The notes under the pieces: generated by a model | The model's database searches: none | Told to the model about the DNA's origin: nothing | Seen by the model: only the letters and a program-made list of their open reading frames with translations | Source of the DNA: Octopus sinensis | Lineage: Eukaryota | NCBI RefSeq assembly: GCF_006345805.1 | Contig: NW_021823595.1 | Location: 1-21,901, forward strand | Length of the DNA: 21,901 bases | Direction: 5' to 3' | Part shown: positions 1-10,191 of the stretch, piece after piece | Numbering within the stretch: position 1 is the stretch's first letter | Layout: each line of letters begins with the position of its first letter | Program-made: the position numbers and the translations under genes

Positions 1-419
1 ATAATTACGAGAATGGGTTATGCACATGGGCATCGGTGGTGGTGGGGGGGGGACGAGGATGGGAGTGTAGCTGAAAGAGGGGGGAGGTTTGTGTTTTTGT
101 GTATCTGTGTGTGTGTGTGTGCAATGAAAGGGGGAAGGTGAGAGTTAGAGATAGAATAGGAGTGGCTGAATAAGTTCTTTGCAAAGTTCGTGTGGATTCG
201 GCTACTAGAAAATTATGATGAATTTGTATGAAAGATGCATACATACATATGAATATGTGCGTGTGGTGTGTGTGTGTGTGGTGGGGAGAGAGTATATATA
301 TATATATATATACATATACATACAGACACACACACACATATATATATGTATATATGTATTCGTATACATAAATATACAAATGTATATATACAAATATATA
401 TATATATATATATATATTT

Positions 420-478
420 GGCGGTGCCCCAGCATGGCCACAGCTCAAGAGCTGAAACTGGAAAACATAAAACATAAA
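420..478 (+). mobile_element. Family C-like 3' fragment
   Basis: GGCGGTGCCCCAGCATGGCCACAG...TGAAAC matches the 3' end of the 13393 copy. Confidence 0.65.
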
Positions 479-520
479 TATATATATATACATCTATGAG
501 TGTATATATGTGTATATACA

Positions 521-700
521 TAGATACGTGTCAAAATTGTATTTGAAAAACACACACAGACAGGTGGGAGAACAACAAACATGGTGTATTAGGAAAAAAT
601 GGAAGAATTTTTGACGTTTCAAGTCTATGTTCTTCTACTGAAAGGAGAGAAGAAAAACAAAGAGATGGAGAGTGGTAAAAAAAGATGGAGAGAGAAGAAA
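521..700 (-). mobile_element. Diverged minus-strand copy of the hammerhead-bearing ~200-bp repeat
   Basis: Minus strand: CTTT-CAGTAGA-A-GAAC-ATAG-ACTT-GAAAC-GTC-AAAA (609-644), then CTAATAC..TTTGTTG..CCACCTGTCT as in 4102-4530. Confidence 0.55.
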
Positions 701-1175
701 CATGTCTGGATTAACGAATGGACAGAACAAAATGTATTCAAAATACAAAATACAGAAACAAAGAAACTGACACCAGAAAGAATATACACGCCAAGATATA
801 TATATATATATATATATGTAATTCAAATTCAAATACAGAAAATGGAGACGTAGCATTAATATAATTAAATCCTAGGATTTGATCTTTGGGCGAAATTGAA
901 ACAGCTGTAAGAGAATATGTTGACTTTTTGCAGTTAATAAATAATATGAATACCACATCTCCATTTTCTGAATTTTAATTTGAATTATTTATAATCCAAG
1001 ATTTATACTTAAACTTATTATTTTATGAATATTACTATTCACAAAAAAAAAACAGATAATGAACCAGTAACTCATTGGATATTTTTATCTCTTAATATAA
1101 TTGACTGTTAAGATACATGTAGTTATATATTTATTGTTTAATTATAATATCTTCATTTATCTTATGTTATTTTTT

Positions 1176-1267
1176 GACCTGAAGAGTGGCTATATATTTT
1201 AAAATTGAATTAATATTGACTTTTAATATTATCGATTCATATATTTAGTCATAAAACGCATGTAGTC
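1176..1267 (+). ncRNA. Degenerate type I hammerhead motif (G12A)
   Basis: GAC-CTGAAGA-GTGGCTATATAT...ATATATTTAGTCAT-AAAAC-GCAT-GTA-GTC. Stems I and II and the GTA triplet are present, but GAAA is mutated to AAAA. Confidence 0.55.
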
Positions 1268-1499
1268 GATATGTTATATTTGTTTTGTGATTTTTAGGAT
1301 AATAATTATAATATATTTAATTAATTTCTATGTGGTTATTATAGATAATATCGTTTCAATATTGATCGAATGACTAAATAGCGGTTTGTCTCGAAATTCT
1401 ATATACATACATATATAATATATTGTGAATCTTTATTTAGTGTGCTAAACTGAATTTTTCCCTTTTGGCTTGGAATTATTATATTCCCTAACTTTTAAT

Positions 1500-1698
1500 A
1501 ATATTAATATCTTTGTGTATATATATATATATCTTTGTAATATATGTATATATATATATATATATATCTTTGTATATATATGTATATATATATATTAATA
1601 TATATATAATGTATATATATATATAGTAATATATATATATATCTTTGGGTATATATCTTTACATATTCTTTGTATGTATATATATATATATGTGAGTG

Positions 1699-1729
<31 letters not shown>

Positions 1730-1928
1730 ATGTAAATAGGTGTACATATATGTTTATATATATACGTATGCATGTATCTATGTATATGTATACATATATA
1801 TATTGAATATATATGTATATGTATGTATTATGTGTGTGTGTATATATATGTATGTATAAATGTGTATATATATATATATGCATATATGTGAATATATATA
1901 TATGTATGTATACAGATATATATATTAT

Positions 1929-1973
<45 letters not shown>
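1500..1973. repeat. Compound (TA)n/(TG)n microsatellite
   Basis: Directly visible. Many shorter (TA), (CA), (GA), (TAGA) and (CATA) tracts occur throughout the window, e.g. 270-520, 4890-5290, 5465-5580, 11615-11860 and 19634-19800. Confidence 0.95.
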
Positions 1974-1976
<3 letters not shown>

Positions 1977-2692
1977 AAATATTTTTTCTTTTTTATGGAA
2001 CAAAAGGGTTTATAGGACTGAAAAAAGAAGTGCTCAAATGTAATTGAGACAGAGATAAAGAAACATTGATCATAAAACAAACATCAAATTCGAGTCAACG
2101 ACTTTATAATTAACAACATACCTCCAAACATTTGATCGTATATAAATATTACCATCGTTCTTAGACATTTAAAAATATACATATACAAAAAAATCACAGA
2201 AAAGGAAAATATAAATACAAATATATAGAACAGCCTATCAAAAAGGTAAATATAAACGATTAAAAATTCATAAAAATATTCTAAAGCGTGTCATGCTACG
2301 AAAAAACTAAGATGAAATAAAATATGAATCGACTAAAAATATTTATAAAAAATGTTTTTTTTTACTCACCTCACCCAAGAGTATATCCAAAAAGGTTCAA
2401 TTCTTAAAAGCATGGTAAGGTAGAGTCCAGGAGCAAAAAGAGTTCCACAAAAACTATTCAAACACACCTATGGCCATTTCGGGAGTTCATTTACAGTGCA
2501 TCTCGGCAATGACCCCCATCACAGGACCAGTCCAAATTTTCTAACACAAAAAAAGAAGAAAAAAAAAAAAAAAAAGAGCGAATTATTTCATTGCTAAACA
2601 TGCAGGTGGCTGTTGTTGATAGAATTTAAACTCACCGGTTTCAATTCCCCGTAAAACTAAATATTATTTACAACATCCACTTTTTACTTCTA

Positions 2693-3265
2693 TTACACTT
2701 TCAGAAAAGTAGAAGAAAACTTATGGTTGCCAATAGGGCTCACCTCAGGAAATTTATTTAAAGTTTTAGGCCCAAAAGACTTAACGATGGCAAAGGTTTC
2801 CCTTACACATAACTTACACTTATTAATATTAACTCTGAAGTAAGGGGCCCTCGATATAACAGACCATTCAAGAGAATAACCTTTATTATTCCTTTTTAAA
2901 TTATGTGTATAAGAGGCAAGTGTTGTAGAGTTGCAATATTTTTCGTTCCATAACGAATTCATGTGGGCCCTATACGTAGCCTTAAAATTTACAGCACTGC
3001 CTGTATAAAGCTTATCCAAAATACCCTCCTCTTCAACAGTGCATTTATATATAGTATTAGCAGTGAGACAGAACCCATCAAGGGGACATAATCCAGGGTT
3101 TCCGCAGTTACAGGATTTACCAGAGCCATCCCTAACCTTATTGCAAATACTAACATTACTTATCTGGCTTCCCGCGTTCTTTCCTTCACATATCTGATTA
3201 TTGGGGGTCGATAAGACTGGTGGGAACAAATGGTTTGTAGCACTAACCTTAGGCGTATTAGAGCT
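2693..3265 (-). mobile_element. 5'-truncated Penelope-like retroelement (PLE): end of RT thumb/linker plus C-terminal GIY-YIG endonuclease, possibly Hydra clade
   Basis: The ORF reads NTPKVS...CNCGNPGLCPLDGFCL..NTIYKCTV..LYTGSAVNFKATYRAH..NSTTLASY..LK..YSLEWSVI..CKLCVRE..LNKFPE. This matches the PLE endonuclease pattern CxCx5CPLxGxCL / IYK / YIG / FKxRYxxH / CxLCxxE / LNKxxE. The catalytic Arg appears replaced by Thr. The 5' end is fused to a (TA)/(TG) tract at about 3266; the first ~31 aa of the track ORF are microsatellite. The clade assignment is from memory. Confidence 0.85.
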
Positions 3266-3564
3266 TATATATATGTGTATGTGCGTGAATGTGTGTGTGT
3301 ATGTGTGTGTGTGTGTATATGTATGTGTATATATGTGTGTATATACACACACACACACACATATATATTATAGCTAAAGTTATAATTATATTCAGGTATA
3401 AACCTTGTAGCCACCTGAAGAGACGCAGTGTGCACCTGTGATGCAAGACAGTGGATTGCAGAGCATCTCACCTGAAAGGTATAGATGCATGGTGAGTCGA
3501 AACGTTTGAAGAATCTCGTGAATTCCATTTTCGGAATCTGAACGATTCATAGACATATACATAA

Positions 3565-3705
3565 CCAAACATGGACGGTTGGCAATTTTCCTTTTTCCTT
3601 TCTCTTTGAACTTTTCCCTTTCTCCATTCCGACGAAGAGCTATGCTCGAAACATCTCTCCTTTCACCGAGCGTCTTTTAATTATTTGTTCGTTGAATTGA
3701 CTATA
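3565..3705 (+). mobile_element. Truncated copy of the hammerhead-bearing repeat
   Basis: CCGACGA-A-GAGC-TAT-GCTC-GAAAC-ATC (3629-3655), followed by CCGAGCGT as at 4217. Confidence 0.55.
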
Positions 3706-3736
3706 TACATATACACACACACGACACCTCGGTCTC

Positions 3737-3947
3737 GCACCATCCGACCGTGGCCATTTGCCAGCCCTGTCTGGCACCCACTACACTCACGGAGTGGTTG
3801 GCTTTAGGAAGGGCATCCAGCTGTAGAAACACTGCCAGATCAAACTGAGCCTGGTGCAGCCTTCTGGCTTCCCAGACCCCAGTTGAACCGTCCAACCCAT
3901 GCTAGCATGGAAAACGGACGTTAAACGAAGATGATGATGATGATGAT
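3737..3947 (+). mobile_element. SINE-like family A copy, (GAT)n tail
   Basis: Shares ...GGAAGGGCATCCAGCTGTAGAAA...CCAACCCATGCTAGCATGGAAA.CGGACGTTAAACG(ATG)n with six other copies in the window. Confidence 0.85.
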
Positions 3948-4101
3948 ATATGCATATATGTATATATATACTTTGATACTTTGATAGGTTTCGGCCATTA
4001 TTGGCCCAGGCCATGTCTAACTTAATAGCACCACCTGGTTTATGTATATGTTTATGTATATGTATATATATAACTATATATATATATATATATATATATA
4101 G

Positions 4102-4530
4102 TTTGGCATAATAGATTGCTAGCCACTACACATTCTTTATTTTCTCTCCTTGTTTCTTTCTGTGTTCCTTTCTGCGGAGGAGTGTAGGCTCGAAACGATA
4201 AAGGCTTTTTCACTTTCCGAGCGTTATACTAATACATCTGTTGTCTACACCACCTGTCTTCGTCTTTTGTTTTTTGTGAATTTCTCCCTATATCGCCATG
4301 TTGATTCGCTAGCCTCTGCATGCATTTTTTTCTTTCCTTCTTTCTGTGTTTCTTCTCTGTGTATCTTTCTGTTGAAGAGCGTAGGCTCGAAACATTAAAG
4401 ACTTGTTTTATTTATATTTCCTGAGCGCCATACTAATACAATTGTTTGTTTGTATTCCACCTGCCTTTGTCTTTTGTTTATTTCCGTAGACCTGCCTTCG
4501 TCTTTTGTCTATTTTCATAAAGCTTCCCGT
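4102..4530 (+). mobile_element. Two tandem ~200-bp hammerhead-bearing repeats (PLE pseudo-LTR or retrozyme-like) between (TA)n tracts
   Basis: Unit 1: CTTT-CTGCGGA-G-GAGT-GTAG-GCTC-GAAAC-GATA-AAGG (4168-4204). Unit 2: TCTTT-CTGTTGA-A-GAGC-GTAG-GCTC-GAAAC-ATT-AAAGA (4364-4401). Both continue GAGCG..TACTAATAC..CCACCTG. Confidence 0.65.
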
Positions 4531-5212
4531 TATATATATATATATATGTAACAACTGAAGGACAGGTGTCAAATCATGATTTGGCCCCTGTCCTTCAATT
4601 GTTACTTATTTATTTTCTAATTCACTTCTCTTGGACCATGCCCTTCGCAAATTCTGAAGTATATTAGGGGCTGTATGTTTAACAAAATGTACATGTCTAA
4701 ATAGCTCAAGAGCAGATTATATACTGAGTTGGGTCAAATTGACTGCATACATCACCCGAATATCATTCTGCCAGTACTTCTGTACAAAGGTTGGTATTCG
4801 TCTAAAAATTGTTACGTGTGCATTTTATTCCGACATAACTTGATGCCTCGACTTTAAGTACTTTATTCAACTGAATCTCGTTTATATTGTGTTATATATA
4901 CATACATACACACACACACAAACACACATACATACACACGTGTGTGTGTAGAGCATGCATTTGGGTGTGCGGTAAGGAAAAGAGGTTACAGAATTATTAC
5001 AATTATGAAAGAGAGGAACAAAGAGAGAGAAAAAAGGCCTTAAAGAATAAAGCAAAGAGAGTGAAGCACAGAGAGAGAGAGAGAGAGAGAGAGGAAGAAA
5101 GAGAGAGAGAGAAAGAAAGAAAGAAAGAAAGAGGGAGAGAGAGTTACTTTGAACTCTGTAACTTTGATGCCATGAGTCACGGAGCCCAAACACACATAGA
5201 CACACAAAGCAC

Positions 5213-5244
<32 letters not shown>

Positions 5245-5523
5245 GCACAAACACACATACATACATTAACACATACGTATCTACCCCGAACAATGACACA
5301 CTCACACAAGAACACATCAAACCTGCAGAGTTGGACTTGACCTTCCCATGCGGGGCATCAAAAGGAGACGTCAGATATTTGAGCTGGAGAATATGTTGAG
5401 TGCGGCTTTTCATCTGACCCACGCATATTTCTATTCATATCACATGAGTGTACACATAAAGGAATTATACATACATACATATATAAATATATATATATAT
5501 ATATATACATATACATTTATATA

Positions 5524-5570
<47 letters not shown>

Positions 5571-5806
5571 GAATATATAAGGACATAGAGAGAGAGACAT
5601 TGTAAATGATGTTATAATACAAACAGCAACTCTGCACAAGATATAGGGGGCGGGGGCCAAAACTCACGCACAAAAAGTTCAATATGCTCCGGAATTGCCA
5701 AAGACTTGCTTTTACTTTTTCTAAAATCGAAAAAAAAAAAGGAATAATAATGATGGAAGATACCCGTAACTTGTTACATGATGAACAGAGGGAATGAATG
5801 AATGAG

Positions 5807-5807
<1 letters not shown>

Positions 5808-5842
<35 letters not shown>

Positions 5843-5864
5843 GATGATGATGATAATGATAATA

Positions 5865-5912
<48 letters not shown>

Positions 5913-6029
5913 TGATGATGAGATGATGATGATTATGATGATGATGATGATGATGATAATAATAATAATAATAATAATAAGAATATAATAATAATAATAA
6001 TAATAATAATAACGATGATGATGATAATG

Positions 6030-6061
<32 letters not shown>

Positions 6062-6373
6062 TAATACTAATATAAAATGATGATGATGATGATGATAATA
6101 ATAATAATAATAAAATACGATGATGATGATAATGATAATAATAATAATATAATAATAATAATAATAATAAGAATAATGATGATGATGATGATGATGATGA
6201 TGATAATAATAAAATAATAATAATATAATAATAATAAAATAAAATAATAACGATGATGATGATAATGATAATAATAATAATAATAATAATATAATAATAA
6301 TATATAATAATAATAATGATGATTATGATGATGATAATATAATAATATAATAATAACGATGATATGATAATGA

Positions 6374-6404
<31 letters not shown>

Positions 6405-6639
6405 TAATAATAATAATAATAGTATAAATAATATGATGATGATGAATGATGATGATGATGATGATAATAATATAATAATAATATAATAATAATAATATAA
6501 TAATAATAATATAATAACGATGATGATGAGAATGATAATAATAATAATAATAATATAAAATAATATAATAATATAATAATGAATGATGATGATGATGATA
6601 ATAATAATAATAATAATAATAACGATGATGATGATAATG

Positions 6640-6675
<36 letters not shown>

Positions 6676-6836
6676 TAATAATAATAAAAAATAATGATGA
6701 GAATGAGAATAATAGGATGATGATGAGGATAATAATAATATAATATGATGATGATGATGATGATGATGATAATAATAATAATAATAATAATAATAATATA
6801 TTAATGATAAAGGATAATAATAATAATAATAAAATG

Positions 6837-6890
<54 letters not shown>

Positions 6891-7029
6891 TAATGATGAT
6901 GATGATGATAATGATAATAAAATAATAACAATAATATGATGATGATGATGATGATGAGGATGATGATGAATGATGATGATTATGATGATGATGATGATAA
7001 TATAATAATAATATAATGATGATGATGAT
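5808..7029. repeat. ~1.2-kb compound (AAT)n/(GAT)n microsatellite
   Basis: Directly visible. The motif AAC(GAT)nAATGAT(AAT)n recurs at about 5840, 6011, 6249, 6355, 6516 and 6621. Confidence 0.95.
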
Positions 7030-7571
7030 GCAGTACCAGGCAGTGGCTTTCATGGCTTCTGATCTTAACTGATTGGAAGTGTTATCATGTACATTGTTTT
7101 GTCTTGGTATAAAAGATGGGCTACAGCAAATATTCTGATCAATACCACAGATTTGCTTGTCAGTTGCTTGACCTTAACCAGTTGAGCATGTCCCTTAATG
7201 GCTGACGATATGTGCATCTCTGATCAAGAGCAGAAGTAGTGGGGGAGCATCATAGCCATCTGTTGAGAGGGATTCTTTGGGGTTTGAATAATTCACCTCT
7301 GGAAACATGGGTGGTTCTTTCAATATCCTTAAACAACCCTTATTCAGGGACCTTTTGAGCGGGATGGTCTACTCAACCTGAAGAAAATTCTAAATGGGCC
7401 CCACCTGCAAGGTCATGTGCTGTTTATCTTGATATGAGATCACCATGTCGCACACATATGGTTGTGATGCATGTGCTTGGTGTACCCTTATCAGACGGGT
7501 AGTCATGATGGGTATACTGGGCTTCACATATTGTCACCCCAGGGTCACTTTGATGGCATGCACTCTCACTC

Positions 7572-7619
<48 letters not shown>
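7030..7619 (+). mobile_element. ~540-bp non-coding element with (AAT)n tail, probable 3' UTR or non-autonomous partner of an (AAT)n-targeting LINE
   Basis: Complex sequence bounded on both sides by (GAT)n/(AAT)n arrays and ending ...CTCTCACTC(AAT)n, like the adjacent R4/Dong fragment. No ORF. Repeat status is inferred, because only one copy is in the window. Confidence 0.5.
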
Positions 7620-7621
<2 letters not shown>

Positions 7622-7640
7622 TGATGATGATGATGATGAT

Positions 7641-8288
7641 GATAAGTGCAGAATTTGTGGACAAAAATGGTGAAACCGTATGGCATATTACCAGTCAATG
7701 TACGCCACTGGCCCAGAAAGGATATAAGTGACGCCAAGACAATATAGCAAGGCTTGTCCATTGGACACTTTGCAACAAGTGTGGACTTGACAGAGCAAAA
7801 AAGTGGTACGAATATAAACCCGAAGGCATCGTGGAAAATGATAATGCAAAGATCCTGTGGGATTTTATGATTCAGAGTGATCATGACAAAGAGAAAAGGA
7901 AGCCAGATATAGTGTTAATTAAGATAAAGTGTTAATTAAGAAAGAAAGCAAATGATGCTGGATCATAGATATAGCATGCCCAGCTGACAACAAGGTATGC
8001 GATAAGGAAGAAAGAAAAGTCGATAGATATGATAGGTTAGCTTGGGAGGTTAAGCAGTTGTGGTTGGTGAAAAAAGTGGTAGTAGTACCAATAATTGTCG
8101 GAGCCCTGGGAACAATGAGTAAAATCTTGAGAAGTACATGGAACAAATAGGGGCTGCAATAAGGGTGGCGTACTGGCAGAAAACAGCCCTGCATGGAACC
8201 ACTCGAACAGTCCGGATGGTACTTGGAAAAAAAGGGGTACATCTCCAGCGTTAGAAGCTGTGCAAAGTCAATAAATAATAATAATAAT
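7641..8288 (+). mobile_element. R4/Dong-like non-LTR retrotransposon 3' fragment (CCHC knuckle plus restriction-like endonuclease), pseudogenised
   Basis: Across frameshifts and stops it reads DKCRICGQ-GETVWHITSQC (CCHC), then ARLVHWTLC..KWYEYKPEGIVENDNAKILWDFMIQSD..RKPDIVL..CWIIDIACPAD..KVDRYDRLAWEVKQLW..VVVVPIIVGALG..QKTAL. It ends in an (AAT)n tail at 8270-8288 and begins in a (GAT)n run. Dong/R4 elements are known to target (TAA)n. Confidence 0.85.
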
Positions 8289-8639
8289 CCTTTTTACCAA
8301 AGGCACAAGGCCTGAAATTTGCATCACATCTAAACTAACTATTATTTAACTATCCTCTCACATCGTCTCCAATGAAGGGATATAATTAATAAATATCCGA
8401 GAAACAGTTGTAAGACCTTCTATCTATAAATGCTCTAATATCTTCACAGCCTTGGGTTTTTTTATCTTATTACGCAAAAAATTCTTATATACAAACGCTG
8501 ACATAGAACCAACGTTGAACCCTTTATTCGCAATATTAACGAATCTGTAACTTAACTATGGTCTGTCAATAGCACTTATTCAGCATTACCTGACACCTTT
8601 GGGTCTCAATGACACATTATCTCTATATATCTCTTTTTA

Positions 8640-8902
8640 TGTGCCGGTGGCACATAAAAAGCACCATCCGTTCGTGACCGTTTTGCCAGCTCTGTCTGGC
8701 ACCTGTGCGGGGTGGCACGTAAAAAAGCCCCACTACACTCTCGGAGTGGTTGGCGTTAGTAAGGGCATCCAGCCGTAGAAACACTGCCAGATTTGACTGG
8801 GCCTGATGAAGCCTTCTGGCTTCACAGACCCCAGTAGAACCGTCCAACCCATGCTAGCATGGAAAGCGGACGCTAAACGATGATGATGATGATGATGATG
8901 AT
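8640..8902 (+). mobile_element. SINE-like family A copy
   Basis: Same 3' body and (GAT)n tail, with two GGCAC(G/A)TAAAAA subrepeats. Confidence 0.9.
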
Positions 8903-9974
8903 ATAACAATACATACATACATATATATATATATACCACACACTCAGTGACACTGTGAAATGGTCAAAACTGAAATTCTTTTTTTCCCAAGACCTTAGAA
9001 CCCCCTTGGAGTCAATATTCTGTCCAGCAGACCCCAAAAATTATTTTCTTCTTCTTCCCTCTCCCTTCCCCTCTTTTTCTTTAGCACTTATCCCAGATAC
9101 AAAAACACACACACACACGCACACACACATGTTCTCTCTCTCACTTTCTCCTCATCCATCACCCCCTTGTACTGTCTTACATCCCTCCCCACCACTACAA
9201 ACTCAATACCACTATAAAATGGTCCAAACTCCTCACACAGGAACTTAGTTGGATTTGAAAATCCCACTAGAATGGGAGAAAGCGCTAATACATGATCTAA
9301 GTTATATGATTGTATAAAAATGTAATATACAAATAAATATCTGTAAATATAAACCATCCGATCTTCTAGTACCCCCATTTCTTCTAATATATAATACCTG
9401 TACATATCATCTCAAACCTTCTAATATATATATATATATATACTGTTCGGTCTACATAATATTGTTTTCTTGTTCTGTTATAATGCAATGTATGCACCAA
9501 CTAAAAATCATTTCTGTGTATTATAAATATAATGAAATTATAAGATTTCATTTCAATACCGATAGAATTTATTTCCCTTCTTTATCTATTTAAAAAAAAA
9601 AAAAGAGACACGGTTCTCGTATAGGCACCTTATCTTTAACAGTATATTCGATTAACTGAAGCAAATATTCGTTTGTTAAGTTCATACAGAATGGAACGTG
9701 GGGCCATTTGTAACGAATCATTTTTCATCTTAATGTTAATCTTGCCATTGCATCTTTATTCTTTTAATTAGCGTATGCCTGTCTGTGCACACACACTCAC
9801 ACAGACGAGTTAACGTATATTAAACGTGACACCAGCACAGCGTATTTGCAATTAAATTTGTGGTGTTTAATCAACATATGTAGAGTTCTTGGTTAAGCTA
9901 AAGAGATCCCGATATCTAACAAGAAAGATCGAATCTACTGTTTCAGGCTTTCATTAAAGCATTCTCTGGATTTA

Positions 9975-10006
<32 letters not shown>

Positions 10007-10191
10007 ATCTGGGAACTGCTGAGAAAATCAAATGATACGACAGATGGGCAATGAAGACAAGATCAGTGTGTGTGCATAACCACCACAATTACTTATCGAG
10101 GTACGGTTAGTTTCATACACTAATTAAATGGAACACTGACACGGCTTCTTTGAGAAGGAATCTGTTAATAAGGTGACAACTGAACTTTCTA

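Noticed and set aside
5320-5420. Possible small exon after CCTGCAG (VGLDLPMRGIKRRRQIFELEN)
   Set aside because: There is no polypyrimidine tract, no convincing donor and no recognisable homology.
5646-5658. GC box GGGGGCGGGGGCC as a promoter
   Set aside because: A single motif with no CpG island or associated gene.
6067-7053. 328-aa and 202-aa ORFs rich in Y/H/I/L/S
   Set aside because: They are translations of the (ATT)/(ATC) microsatellite strand, which lacks stops by composition.
7729-7731. In-frame TGA in the R4/Dong fragment as possible selenocysteine
   Set aside because: The fragment also has frameshifts, a TAA stop and a local duplication, so it is a decayed copy.
8803-8830. CTGATGA-AGCC-TTCT-GGCT in family A (also near 12275-12306 and 21459-21480) looks like a hammerhead half
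   Set aside because: The hairpin is followed by TCAC rather than GAAA, there is no stem III, and other copies read CTGGTGCAG.
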